DNA from: Candidatus Poribacteria bacterium | Lineage (GTDB): Bacteria; Poribacteria; WGA-4E; WGA-3G | Reading direction: 5' to 3' | Length of the DNA stretch: 64,000 bases | NCBI GenBank assembly: GCA_963663765.2 | Contig: CAXXUA010000005.1 | Coordinates: forward strand, 832,001-896,000 | In this document: positions 28,847 to 39,344 of the stretch, one piece after another | How the letters are laid out: the number at the start of each line of letters is the position of its first letter | Numbering within the stretch: the first letter of the stretch is position 1 | Position numbers and translations under genes: made by a program | The notes under the pieces: generated by a model | Database searches by the model: none | What the model was told of the DNA's origin: nothing | Seen by the model: the letters and a program-made list of their open reading frames with translations, nothing else

Positions 28847-29866
28847 CTAACCTTGCTCAGACAATTCTTCAACGAGACGTTCAACGATGTCCTGACTGGT
28901 AATGTTTTCTGATTCAGCGGCAAAGGATGTAATAACACGGTGGGATAACACCGGATTTGCAACAGCAGCAACATCTTCCAGTCGTGCCATATAACTACCG
29001 CTGAGTGCTGCGCGGGCTTTAGCACCTAAAATCAGGTATTGAACAGCTCGCGGACCAGCACCCCAAGCAACAAGCGGTTTTAGCCAGTCAGGGGACGCAT
29101 CCGTTTTTGGACGCGTACTACGTGACAAGTCAACGGCAAATTCATAGATATGTTCGGGGACAGGAACTCGTCTAACAAGATTTTGGAAGGCTATTACACG
29201 TTCACCTGTTAGCACGTGTTCTAATGTCGGTAGCGACATACCTGTGGTTGTTCTGGCAATTTCAATCTCTTCAGACCTTGATGGATAGTCCACCTCAATC
29301 CTGAACATAAAGCGGTCTAACTGAGCTTCAGGCAACGGGTACGTGCCTTCCTGCTCAATGGGATTTTGTGTTGCTAACACAAAGAATGGTGGTTCTAACT
29401 GGTAGGTTCTGCCGATGACAGTAATCTTATACTCCTGCATCGCTTCAAGCATTGCTGCTTGCGTTTTGGAAGGTGCACGGTTAATCTCGTCTGCAAGAAT
29501 TAGGTTCGCAAATAGAGGTCCCTTTGCAAACTCAAACTCGCGTCGTCCCCCTGGTGCCTCTTGAAGAATGTCAGTACCAGTGATGTCCATCGGCATAAGG
29601 TCAGGTGTGAATTGGATACGACTAAACTCCAAAGCCATTGTCTCTGCAAACTCTTTTACCAAAAGTGTTTTCGCCAATCCAGGAACACCCATTAGCAAGG
29701 CATGTCCTTGGGCAAAAAGACAAATTGACAAGTTTTCAATGACCTGTTCCTGACCGATAATTATCTTAGCAAGTGTTTGTTTTAGTTGAGCATAGACATC
29801 CCGCAACTCATCTATCGCGGTAACGTCATCAGCATCCATTTGGTCAATATGTTGTGTGTCTTGCAT
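28847..29866 (-). CDS. moxR: MoxR-family AAA+ ATPase
   Basis: GVPGLAKT, RIQFTPDLMP.DITG, LADEINRA and ATQNPIEQEGTYPLPEAQLDRF. Confidence 0.95.
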   Translation of the reverse strand: MQDTQHIDQMDADDVTAIDELRDVYAQLKQTLAKIIIGQEQVIENLSICLFAQGHALLMGVPGLAKTLLVKEFAETMALEFSRIQFTPDLMPMDITGTDILQEAPGGRREFEFAKGPLFANLILADEINRAPSKTQAAMLEAMQEYKITVIGRTYQLEPPFFVLATQNPIEQEGTYPLPEAQLDRFMFRIEVDYPSRSEEIEIARTTTGMSLPTLEHVLTGERVIAFQNLVRRVPVPEHIYEFAVDLSRSTRPKTDASPDWLKPLVAWGAGPRAVQYLILGAKARAALSGSYMARLEDVAAVANPVLSHRVITSFAAESENITSQDIVERLVEELSEQG

Positions 29867-29909
29867 TTTATTCCTTTATGTTTAAGTGTTATTAGTTTAG
29901 TTTTCAATA

Positions 29910-30067
29910 CAGGACTTACGCACCAAACGGTAGGCGGGGAATGCCTAAATGGCATTCATACCGTTGATTTGGCGCTTTGTAAGCGCGCTGGAAACCGAAA
30001 AAATGCTGAAAATTACACCATTTTCGTCATAATTCTTCATCAAATCATGAAAACTGCGTAAGTCCTG
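29910..30067 (+). mobile_element. MITE family B with one 36-nt mini-element
   Basis: Perfect 13-bp TIRs. Essentially the same as 11292-11413 apart from a few substitutions and the insertion at 29936-29971. No clear TSD. Confidence 0.85.
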
Positions 30068-30094
30068 AAACAAAATATGTGAAATTGTATCGGA

Positions 30095-30766
30095 TTATGA
30101 GGAATCTTGATTAACAACGTCAATATCTGATGTGCATTTTTCTTGTAACACAAGCGAGTGATGTCCATTGCAGTTCGCTTTAAAAACTGCATCAACTGCT
30201 CCGAAGAGACGTGGCAAATTATCCATCGTTACACTTGTTCTGTTTCGGGTGAAGGCATCGTCAACGAGTAATCCAAATTCCCACCATTTTCCATCGCTGA
30301 CAATGCCGTAGATAGGAATATCAGGATCTCCCTTTATTTTTTGTGCTGCAAGCATCTCTGCTATGCATTGTCCCCAACCTTGATCAAAATCATTCTTCTT
30401 TGCTTCGACGAGGATGATCAACGGTATTCCAACAACAGGAATACCCAATTCAGACCGTGTAGAGATAAGGTAATCAGGTGTGCCACTCAATGTTTCATCG
30501 TAGGTGATGGTTTTCTTAATCCAGAGTGCGTAATCATTCGCGTACGCTTTATAGACCTCCTTCAAAATCGGAAAAATGATAGCCTCACAACGTGCTGCTT
30601 CTGATGCAAAAACATCAATGTATTGTGTACAAAACTCAAATTCTTCTAAAAATTGTTCTGAAGGGACGCATGCAGTTTCCTCAATTTGGACGAAATCTTT
30701 TACTGCGTATGTAATTCTAAATTTTTCCAGCACTTCTGGTACTGTTTTAAAATCACTAAAAGACTT
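30095..30766 (-). pseudogene. HsdR-N-like PD-(D/E)xK protein, apparent start-codon loss (AAG)
   Basis: SFSDFK...SEAARCE.IIFPIL...GTPDYLI...VEAKKNDFDQGWGQCIAEM...YGIVSDG..WEF. The RBS GGAGG lies 7 nt before AAG-TCT-TTT. Confidence 0.55.
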
Positions 30767-30786
30767 GTGTCTACCTCCTGCAAAAT

Positions 30787-30815
30787 AGTGTAGCATATTC
30801 TGGGGAATATGTCAA
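30787..30815 (-). promoter_or_regulatory. sigma70-type promoter TTGACA-N17-TACACT
   Basis: Near-consensus hexamers with 17-bp spacing upstream of the RBS of 30095-30766. Confidence 0.6.
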
Positions 30816-30818
30816 GTG

Positions 30819-30975
30819 GTGATACTCACGACGACAAAAGTCGTGTGCTTCTTTGAAACACATAACTCTCCTGTGTGTGATTCCTGCTTCCGTCTCTCGT
30901 GCCTCTATCCTGAACTGCGTGAGGTCTTATTCGGACTCCACAAGCGTTTATGCTCTCTGTCTATCCGACAGCGAG
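30819..30975 (-). ncRNA. Putative TnpB omega/reRNA scaffold
   Basis: Lies between the tnpB stop and the right-end TCAC. Inferred from known TnpB biology, not from a covariance model. Confidence 0.5.
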
Positions 30976-32067
30976 GGTTCTTAGGTTGATTGCAGCATTT
31001 ATGTCTCTATCTATTTGATAGTCGCATTGACTGCAATGATAAGTTCTCTCTGATAACGTCAAATCATCTTTCTTGTGTCTACAACGACTACAAGTTTTGC
31101 TTGAAGCATAGAATTTTGGTGCTTGTAATACAGGTATTCCGAAAGCATCTGCTTTCGTTTTTAGCTTATTGAGAAACCCACCTAACGCTGAATCCGATAA
31201 TGCCTTTGCGAGTTTTCTTTTCTTTAGCATGTTCGTTATTTTTAGTGTCTCAATGCTGATAGTAGATGCAAGGTTGACGATCTCTGTAGTTGCTTTGTGG
31301 TGTGCATCATTTCGGATACAAGCGATACGATAGTGGATACGTTCTAACTTGCGTTTCTGCTTGAACCAGTTTTTTGACTTGAAAACACGCCGACTCAACT
31401 TGCGTTGTTCCCTCTTTAGTTTTCTCTCATAGCGTTTCAGAGGTCTTGGATTATCATATTTCATACCATTACTCAAGGTGGCAAGGGTGTTGATGCCTAC
31501 ATCTATACCGATAACAGGGTGCGTTGAATTGTCAACGACTTCGGTGTCCTCTGTTTCTACAGTGATAGATATAAACCAACGATGTGCTGTCCTTGAAATC
31601 GTCACGCTGATAATCTTCCCTACAAAACGCAATGCTTGACGCATTTTGACCCAACCAACCTTAGGCAACCGGACCTTCTTGCCTTCAACTTTCACAGATT
31701 GTTCGTCTGTTGTCCATGCGTCCCTAATCCCACGCTTTTTGAATCGAGGAAACCTCGCACGTTTGCTAACCCAATTCGTAATCGCTTGACCCAAATTCTT
31801 GATCGCATATAACGCTGCACCTTGATCTTGGGAACGTGTCCAATCATACTCTTTCTTCGTTTTATTGAAGTTAACGTTTAATGTCCGCCATGATTGGAAG
31901 GTGTCCTGATCTAAACTCGCCTTAAAATCTGATAACGCTTGATTGTAGGCAAACCTCACATAACCACATTGCTGAGCAAACCATGTGCGTTGTTTGTTGT
32001 TCGGATTCAATGTAATCTTGTGTGTTTTGTAGGGCATACCTGACTCCTGTAGGGTGCCGACTTCCAT
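30961..32067 (-). CDS. tnpB: RNA-guided endonuclease TnpB
   Basis: N-terminal HTH (KITLNPN..Q), RuvC motifs IGIDVG, ISIETL and DRDINAAINL, and Zn ribbon CSRC...CSQC. Probable start at MPYK. Confidence 0.92.
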   Translation of the reverse strand: MEVGTLQESGMPYKTHKITLNPNNKQRTWFAQQCGYVRFAYNQALSDFKASLDQDTFQSWRTLNVNFNKTKKEYDWTRSQDQGAALYAIKNLGQAITNWVSKRARFPRFKKRGIRDAWTTDEQSVKVEGKKVRLPKVGWVKMRQALRFVGKIISVTISRTAHRWFISITVETEDTEVVDNSTHPVIGIDVGINTLATLSNGMKYDNPRPLKRYERKLKREQRKLSRRVFKSKNWFKQKRKLERIHYRIACIRNDAHHKATTEIVNLASTISIETLKITNMLKKRKLAKALSDSALGGFLNKLKTKADAFGIPVLQAPKFYASSKTCSRCRHKKDDLTLSERTYHCSQCDYQIDRDINAAINLRTLAVG

Positions 32068-32329
32068 TGACGTGGTGTGATAGGTGCGTCAACACCAATC
32101 ACTGGGTCAGTCCTATAAGGATACCATAGAAGACATATAAATGTCAACGTTTTTTGACCCAAGCATAAATGCTTGGGATTGTCAGTTAATTCCCTTCATC
32201 AGAACCGTTAAAATAGTCCGAGAACTGATCATGTATTCACATGGATGATGCCGGTTTGTCGCATCATTACCATTGCTTTATCAAGCATGTTATTTTGACT
32301 GTAGGCTTCAGACAAGTTGAGGTTGACAT

Positions 32330-35300
32330 TTATTCGGTAGACATTTGCACAGAACTCGCATAGTCCTGTGGAATGGAATTTTTCAACGTTTCTAACATTT
32401 GTTTGTAACGTGTTTTGTCATTTGAATTCTTGCTTGCATCAGCGACTTGTTTCCAAAAATAGTCCAATGAATCGTTGGCAGTGAGAATACTTAGCGCATA
32501 TTTGAAATATCTAAGTGCATCGTCATAACGATCATTCGCGACATACGCACGTCCAAGTGTAAGTGGGAACCGATAACTAATTTCTTCATAGTTTTGTATC
32601 GCACGTGTTGCATGTTTTAGTGTTGTTTCTGGAAAGATTCCTTTATCAAGAAGTTCTTCAGCAAACCAACGTTGGTGATTTGTATCCTGTCCGTTAACCT
32701 CTTGCTTTCTCAATTTCAACCACTTAGCGTAGGCGATCTCAGCTCTATCGACATCACCTGTTTTTTTGTAGAGATCTCCTAAAAGTTCGTGCAGGACGAT
32801 ACTCTCCAGCATTTTCGGTTTTACTTCCTCAAGGATAGCAATGAGTTTATCATCTTGTCCTTCATCAGTGTAAAGTTCAGAGATAGCGCGAATTAGTGTT
32901 TCATGGGTTGTTTGTCCAAAAGGTGCGTCTAATGCTCGTAGATATACAAATGCAGCATCTGATATCTGGTTCTGATCCATATATAATTTTGCTAACCGAT
33001 CATAATACTGGTATATAGTCGGTCTGAGTTCAATCGCTTTTTCATAATAGAATGCAGCCTTTGTCACGTTATCAGCCTTTAAACTTGCTAAAATTGTACG
33101 GTTGTAAGGTTCAAGTTTAGCATTTCCAACAAGTTTACCATCATTTTTATTGAGTGAACTATCAAAAACGCGTCCTTCAGTTTCTACATCAAATTTCCAA
33201 TATCCTACTAAACCGGCTTCATCTCCTTTCAGCTGCTTATACATATCGGAACGAATTTGATTTTCAGTACGCGCAATGTTCCAAACCCGCACTTCATCAA
33301 TGAGTCCAGCAAATGATGCGTGCTCAGATATTTCTTCTTCATGTGAACAACCTATACGCAATGGCAGTGTGGTCTTAGTCAAATTGCTCTGCCCCTTAAA
33401 ATTACTTCTTCTGACTTCAGCACCGTTTAGATATAACTTGATGCTGTCATTCCTTGCATCAATGGTTGCGGAAACGTGGTACCATTCATTTCTTTGGATA
33501 GTTTCACTTGCAGAGGCAATCCATCTTATAAAAAGTCCGTCAGGGGATGCATCAAAATAAACACAACCTTCATCAAATAACCAGAGCGCGAATTGACGAT
33601 GAGAATGATTAGGTATTCGTTTGTTGCCTTTGAAAAGTATCGTCGTACAGGTGTTTGGAAAATCTGTTGGTTTGATCCATGCAGAAATTGTAACTTGTTC
33701 GGAGATATTGTTAATAATCTCACTATCCACAATTTCTACGTAACTCCCGTCTCCATCTAAGCTAAGGGCATTACTTTCTATTACTTCGTCAATCTCAAGA
33801 TCCACTTTTTGATACAGATCCCCCAACTTTCTGTAGACGTAGTTTCTTTCAGGTTCCAGTTCCGCAAGTTTTTCATACTGCTCAATTGCTTCTTTGATTC
33901 TATCTATGGCTTCATAACTTTCAGCAAGTTCCAAGATCAACTCTGGATTATGAGGGTTTTTCTCAACACTCTTCAGTTGTTCCGGTATCAATTTTTCATA
34001 GAGTTTTCCTTCTTTGGTGATTTCAGTGATCGCGTTATTTGCCCTATTTCGTATGCTGTTATTGCTGTCTTCGCTTGCCATTCGCTGATATATGTCAAGA
34101 GCTTCTTCGTACTGTTTTGTCTCACGGTAACTTTTCGCAAGTATTTCATGCAAAGTATCCAGCATCCTACTATTTCCTTCGTTGTCACTCTTATCAATCG
34201 CAGCTTTGGATAGTTCAATTGCCGGCTCAAACATCCTATTTTCAATGCAGATTGTTGCGAGTGTGCCAAGAAACCACACATCATCTTTTTCACTACAGGC
34301 AGCAAGTGCCTGTTCAGCTTGGTTGAGCATCTCTTTGGCTAAATCAGCTTGTTTGTTTCTTTTCAACGCAGCTGCAGCATAATAGAAATAACGGACATCG
34401 TTAGATTCTGCTTTGCCAAGTGCTTCATACATTTCAGCAGCTTTTTGATAATCCCTTTCATCCCAATATATTCTTGCTAATATTGTTTGTGCTACAGGAT
34501 TCTCTTTACGTTCTCTAAGTTTACCTTCATAATGTGTTTTTAACACTTCCAGTTTATCTTGGCTCTTGAAAGCATCAATCAATGAATTACGTGCAGACTC
34601 AAATTCGTATATCGCTGCAATTCTTGCAGATGTCACTGTAATTCTTTCCGAAGTGTAGAGCCATATATTGCTGTTTATATACGAATTCACCTCATTTTCA
34701 TAAGGTTTTACTACTGAGTCCATATCACCGAGTTGAATATATACCTTGAACAATTCAGCAGAGATTCTAACATTCTCAGAAAAACTGGTTGTCATGTCGA
34801 GTGCATGCCTATAGGCATTAGCAGCTTTTTCCAATTCACCAATTTTGTGATAGTACTCAGCAAGTGCTTTCTGCATCTCGAATGTGATTGTCCCATCATT
34901 TTTAGCTTGTTGTAACTTCTCTTTTAAATTCCCATAATAGCGATAGAAACTGATCAATTGCAGTTCAACATTCTGCCGCTCCGATGCTGATGTGGCTGAT
35001 AGAATTGCATTCTTCAATGCAATTTCAGCTGCATCTATGTCCTTATTGAGAATACAAAGTTTTGCGAGCCTAAGATACGTTTGTTTATCACCAGGTGCCA
35101 ATTCAATTGATTTGTTATAGTTAGCGATGGCAGCATGTTCATTACCCTCAACTTCATATAACCTTGCGAGTCGTGCGTAATGTTCGCCTACTGTTGGATT
35201 TGTTTGGATGTATGCCTGCGCGATTTCAAATGCCTCGTTGCGTTTGCCAGCAGCTTGCAAACTATAGGTGAGTCCGTCTTGATATTTAATGTTTTCTGGA

Positions 35301-35602
35301 TCATCTTCAAGCAGTTTGCTGTAGGTTTTCGCAGCTTTTTCGTGCTGATTTGTACGGGTGTAAAGTGTTGCAAGTTGCACGCGAGATTCAAAATCTTCAG
35401 GTGCTCCCTTCACAATTCGTTCGTAGTATTCTATTGCTTCCTCAAATTGGTTCTGCCGCACTAACGTTTGTGCTATATTGATGAATTCTTGTAGAGGGAC
35501 ATTATTTTCTTCGACGTCTTGTGGTTCAAGTTCTGCAATTAAAGCACCTACTGTGATAAACAAAAGTATGACGAAGAAGAAAGACATTTTCGAGTGTGTC
35601 AT
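32330..35602 (-). CDS. Secreted TPR-repeat protein with LamG (concanavalin-like) domain
   Basis: Signal peptide, many TPRs, and ALSLDGDGSYVEI..TISAWIKP..WYHV..LYLNG..FAGLIDEVRVWN. Confidence 0.9.
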   Translation of the reverse strand: MTHSKMSFFFVILLFITVGALIAELEPQDVEENNVPLQEFINIAQTLVRQNQFEEAIEYYERIVKGAPEDFESRVQLATLYTRTNQHEKAAKTYSKLLEDDPENIKYQDGLTYSLQAAGKRNEAFEIAQAYIQTNPTVGEHYARLARLYEVEGNEHAAIANYNKSIELAPGDKQTYLRLAKLCILNKDIDAAEIALKNAILSATSASERQNVELQLISFYRYYGNLKEKLQQAKNDGTITFEMQKALAEYYHKIGELEKAANAYRHALDMTTSFSENVRISAELFKVYIQLGDMDSVVKPYENEVNSYINSNIWLYTSERITVTSARIAAIYEFESARNSLIDAFKSQDKLEVLKTHYEGKLRERKENPVAQTILARIYWDERDYQKAAEMYEALGKAESNDVRYFYYAAAALKRNKQADLAKEMLNQAEQALAACSEKDDVWFLGTLATICIENRMFEPAIELSKAAIDKSDNEGNSRMLDTLHEILAKSYRETKQYEEALDIYQRMASEDSNNSIRNRANNAITEITKEGKLYEKLIPEQLKSVEKNPHNPELILELAESYEAIDRIKEAIEQYEKLAELEPERNYVYRKLGDLYQKVDLEIDEVIESNALSLDGDGSYVEIVDSEIINNISEQVTISAWIKPTDFPNTCTTILFKGNKRIPNHSHRQFALWLFDEGCVYFDASPDGLFIRWIASASETIQRNEWYHVSATIDARNDSIKLYLNGAEVRRSNFKGQSNLTKTTLPLRIGCSHEEEISEHASFAGLIDEVRVWNIARTENQIRSDMYKQLKGDEAGLVGYWKFDVETEGRVFDSSLNKNDGKLVGNAKLEPYNRTILASLKADNVTKAAFYYEKAIELRPTIYQYYDRLAKLYMDQNQISDAAFVYLRALDAPFGQTTHETLIRAISELYTDEGQDDKLIAILEEVKPKMLESIVLHELLGDLYKKTGDVDRAEIAYAKWLKLRKQEVNGQDTNHQRWFAEELLDKGIFPETTLKHATRAIQNYEEISYRFPLTLGRAYVANDRYDDALRYFKYALSILTANDSLDYFWKQVADASKNSNDKTRYKQMLETLKNSIPQDYASSVQMSTE

Positions 35603-35649
35603 TGAAAGATTTCTCCTTTTGGAGTTAGCAGTTATCTACGTTTACTTTA

Positions 35650-35803
35650 TACCAATTCAAATAAATCTTGTCTCATTAAGGAATTCTACTGTTTACTGGC
35701 AGGGGGTTACTCTCTTCGGTAGGAGCGACCTCCAGGTCGCGACAGTGAGATCGCACCTACCAGTTTTCATGTGATAATGAGACATTATCACATGAAAATG
35801 GTA
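35650..35803 (+). mobile_element. MITE family C (TACCA...TGGTA) with a REP doublet, abutting the right half of a family B MITE (to 35870)
   Basis: Left ~90 bp match the copy starting at 39345. Right end ATGAGACATTATCACATGAAAATGGTA is shared with 39345-39851 and 51333-51377. Confidence 0.8.
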
Positions 35804-35977
35804 TAATGTTGAAAATTACATCATTTTCATCACAATTCTTGATTAAATCATGAAAACTGCGTAAGTCCTGACAAATTAAGGTGGTTTAACGAGTTGTGCT
35901 AAATAACTATATGTTAATCATTGTTTCACATAAGCATGACGTTTTGCAGGTGTCCTTCATAGTTTGAAACGATCTTC

Positions 35978-36195
35978 AGTCCCGACAAATGCCATACGGG
36001 GAATGCCTTAATGGCATTCATACCGTTGATTTGGCGCATTTGGCGTTGATTTGGTAGGGACGATAGGTTTATAGAAAAACGTCATAGTACATCCTCTTTA
36101 GTCCCGACAAATGCCATACGGGGAATGCCTTAATGGCATTCATACCGTTGATTTGGCGCATTTGGCGTTGATTTGGTAGGGACGATATGTGTGCA
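35978..36195. repeat. Two CCCGTAGGGACGAT REP-like units, each split by a 70-nt nested mini-element
   Basis: Inserts at 35984-36053 and 36106-36175 are identical to 3894-3963. Confidence 0.85.
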
Positions 36196-36411
36196 TTATA
36201 AACCTAATATATGTAAAAACTTGGAAAACAATGGGTTAACTGGTACAAGTCGTTGGTTTAACAAAGAAATATACAAAGACCGATATAAAGTGAGAGTAGA
36301 TTTTTGGTTGGCAAGATACTTATGCGTAACTCTTTATGAGTTCAACAATATATTTTATGCGGGTATTCAGTTATTGATAATCCACTACTGGGGATAAGTC
36401 ACAACTATTCC

Positions 36412-37917
36412 TCAGAAACGTCTATACCTTTGCGTATATTGATTTTGTTGTGGTAGTAGTTCTATGTTTTTATCCATCCACTGCAGTCGAGTTTGAAGCC
36501 AAGATTTCATATCGTCTACTTCCCCTTGGTATGTTAAACGTCCAGGTCCCGGGTTCCCAAAAAGAGAACTACCCAACACACGCCAACGTTGAAAGTTCCG
36601 TTTTTGTGCTTCGGACAGAAATTCAGTTGTTTGATCTATTTCATCAAGGATTTTAGTCGTAGCAAGTTCACTTTTGCGTAACGTCTTCCATCTCTTGACC
36701 AGTTTTGCTTTGAAACTTTTGTCTGTGAGCAACCGATGCCACCAGAAAGGAACAGGATTTGTATACACTAACCAACTATCGGTTTCCCAACCGTCATGGA
36801 AAACTGTATTCCCTGATGATAGGTTGAAATCCCATACCGGTCCAGCCATTAACTTGCCGCCTCGATCTTTGTACATATATGCACTGAACCGAAACCCATC
36901 CGTGTTTTTAAATAGTTCATTGATGATGAAATGATCTATAAAAGAATCTATATCAATATATTTTGCATATCCCTGCTTTAGGTCACTGAATTTAGAACTT
37001 GATAAGGATGCTTCAAATTTGTTTATATAGTTTCTTATCCACAATCTTTGTTCAGCAGACATTTCGCGTCCTTTTGGATATACATGCGCAAGATGAGTAC
37101 CACGTTGTGTATAGAAAAAAGTTTCATTTGAATCCATCTTATCAATTTTTATGATATACCCACCAGTTATTTCGGGAGAATCGGTTTGATTGGGATTTAG
37201 CGATTCTATAGCAACGCGATCTTTTCCACGCTTAATCTTCTCAATAAGTAGATAGACACCAACATAATGTCCTGATAGAATTGTCTTGTCACCTCTATTA
37301 TTGAGAAACACCTCAACAAACTTGGTTCTACTTGCATATCTGCCAATTCGGTTGCTGAACTCAAAAGCCAAGTAGTTTCGCATTAAAGTCTTGTCCGAGT
37401 AGGGTCCATTCAGCACCCAGTCCGATTCAGCCGGTAAGTTGAATATAGACACATCTTTGTCATTGCCTTGCGTATCCCGAAACTCAAATCCGTACTGTTT
37501 TTTCGGAAACATTTGTGAGGTCTGTCCTCTAACTTCTATTCCTATTTTACCTTCAAAATGAATATTGGAACTATCCAAACTATTCTTACCACCCGATTCA
37601 TCATAAATAATTTTCATGTTTGCAGGTATTTTAGGTTCATTAGGTACCCATCGTCCATGCGTATCAATTATAACAAGTGGTAGATTTGATTGGTGAGTCC
37701 ATGGTCGGTTATCCGTATAAGTTGAACGGTTTGCATAATTTTGACGGTTCCACTTATTTCTACGGTTAGGAGTATACCGACGGTTAGGGACATTTCGACG
37801 CTCAACCAATTTATCAGATTGAGCAAATTGATGTCTGTTATCAGTTAGGAAACTTATAATTGTAAATAAGATGACACTACCCAGAAGCAGAAGTATTGTT
37901 TTTTTTGTAGGAAACAT
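36412..37917 (-). CDS. CotH-family protein kinase, exported
   Basis: IEVRGQTS..FPKKQY, DWVLNGPYSDKTLMRNYL, YVGVYLLIEKIKR, NTDG and GPVWDFN. Confidence 0.9.
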   Translation of the reverse strand: MFPTKKTILLLLGSVILFTIISFLTDNRHQFAQSDKLVERRNVPNRRYTPNRRNKWNRQNYANRSTYTDNRPWTHQSNLPLVIIDTHGRWVPNEPKIPANMKIIYDESGGKNSLDSSNIHFEGKIGIEVRGQTSQMFPKKQYGFEFRDTQGNDKDVSIFNLPAESDWVLNGPYSDKTLMRNYLAFEFSNRIGRYASRTKFVEVFLNNRGDKTILSGHYVGVYLLIEKIKRGKDRVAIESLNPNQTDSPEITGGYIIKIDKMDSNETFFYTQRGTHLAHVYPKGREMSAEQRLWIRNYINKFEASLSSSKFSDLKQGYAKYIDIDSFIDHFIINELFKNTDGFRFSAYMYKDRGGKLMAGPVWDFNLSSGNTVFHDGWETDSWLVYTNPVPFWWHRLLTDKSFKAKLVKRWKTLRKSELATTKILDEIDQTTEFLSEAQKRNFQRWRVLGSSLFGNPGPGRLTYQGEVDDMKSWLQTRLQWMDKNIELLPQQNQYTQRYRRF

Positions 37918-38006
37918 TGTTGGTACTTACCTTCAGATTAAGATTGAATCCCCAACTACAAAACGGTGTCGTAACAAATTACACATAACAACAATGACAA
38001 TATATC

Positions 38007-38864
38007 CTACCACATCTCAAGCCATTGTTGTAACGTTGTCACTGGTTGTGTTTGGCTGCGAATCACCCACTTAAATTCAGGATCCTTCCAGTAAATACTA
38101 CCCGGATGATCACCATCCCGAAGGTACCGAATATCAATCGCCCATCGGATTATCTCGCTTGTCGTATGCTGTAGAGATCGGTGAAGCGTTAAGTTGTGAA
38201 ACACCAACGCATCTCCTACATCCATCGGACAAGTCACAATACGAGAGTCCTCCACAAGTTCGTCCATCACTTCAAGAAATCTACCTTCCCGATTTTCTGT
38301 CCGATGGTCAATCACACCTAACCGATGTGACCCAGCAACTACCTGCATACATCCATTGGTATCATCTACAGGCACAAGCGGTATCCATGCAGTCGGAATA
38401 AGCGATTCCTCACTGACTTTGCCAAAATAGCCGCTATCTTGATGCCATGGAACTACTGTCAATTGCTGACCGGGTAGTTTAGGACGTGCATTGAAAACTG
38501 GGTGTCCAATAACGTCGGTGCCTGTCAGTTGACTGATAGCATCTACGAGGGGACCAGCGTAATGCAGATCGAAGATTTCAGATGTCGCTATCTGTCCACG
38601 CCAAGACCGACCAAAACGGTTCGCATGGTCACCAGCAACTTGCCAGTAACGTTTTTCAAATGGAAGTTTGGCACCGTCATCTTCAACAACACCTTGATCC
38701 TTCAGTTGCCGGATGATACCATCTACAACATCCGCAAACCTGTCGCGCACACCGTTAATAAGAGGTTTTGGAACTACATCTTTAAGTAACAAATATCCAT
38801 CATTTTCCCATTGATGCATCTGTTCGGATGAAAGCGGGGTTGGTTGTTTTTGATCTGTTGTCAT
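38007..38864 (-). CDS. Phytanoyl-CoA dioxygenase (PhyH) family 2OG-Fe(II) oxygenase
   Basis: PWHQDSGY, WIPL....NGCMQVVAGSH, FHNLTLHRS and RWAIDIRY. Confidence 0.9.
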   Translation of the reverse strand: MTTDQKQPTPLSSEQMHQWENDGYLLLKDVVPKPLINGVRDRFADVVDGIIRQLKDQGVVEDDGAKLPFEKRYWQVAGDHANRFGRSWRGQIATSEIFDLHYAGPLVDAISQLTGTDVIGHPVFNARPKLPGQQLTVVPWHQDSGYFGKVSEESLIPTAWIPLVPVDDTNGCMQVVAGSHRLGVIDHRTENREGRFLEVMDELVEDSRIVTCPMDVGDALVFHNLTLHRSLQHTTSEIIRWAIDIRYLRDGDHPGSIYWKDPEFKWVIRSQTQPVTTLQQWLEMW

Positions 38865-38905
38865 TTTTTCTCACTTCTGTCTCAGTATTTTCTTAAGTTA
38901 ATGAT

Positions 38906-39146
38906 TTACCTATGGGTCTCCATATACTGCCGGAGTACAGTATTTACAAGCGTATGGTAATTTTGTCCCTGCTCATTGAACCATTCTATTATCTCAGGTT
39001 CAATTTGGAGGTAATTCTCAGGAACAATCATATCGGCATTTTCCCAAAAATCTTCATCCAGTTCGGGAATTTCTGATGTGTCAATAGCGTCTTCAGGGGG
39101 TCTCGCTATTTCAGAGAGGCGTGTCTTTGATAACTGATAGCTTCAT
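38906..39146 (-). pseudogene. BrnA-like antitoxin, frameshifted near start
   Basis: RLSEIARPPEDAIDTSEIPELDEDFWENA...IEPEIIEWFNEQGQNYHTLVNTVLRQYM. The ATG at 39146 is out of frame. Confidence 0.7.
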
Positions 39147-39344
39147 TGTACCTTCTCCTTTCTTTAGTGGTTGCTTTTCTTGCAGAGATAATTCGCTTTT
39201 TCCTATTCCGATGCGTGTGACAAACTACCAATACTGTTCCACCGCCAAATGTCCCAACAGTAATCCCTCGTATCTCTATTTGACCTTGTTCGTCATAATA
39301 GTCTCTGGGATCAACCTTTGTAAAATGAATATTTGCAAATATAA

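Larger units (their letters stand above)
30819..32185 (-). mobile_element. IS200/IS605-family element carrying only tnpB (IS1341-like)
   Basis: Left-end hairpin CCCAAGCAT-TT-ATGCTTGGG near 32158-32177. Right-end hairpin GAAGCACACGAC-TTTT-GTCGTCGTGAG followed by TCAC at 30819-30822. No tnpA. Left boundary approximate. Confidence 0.75.

Noticed and set aside
30961-32067. Cas12f-type CRISPR effector
   Set aside because: Size, IS-end hairpins and the absence of an adjacent array indicate a transposon TnpB.
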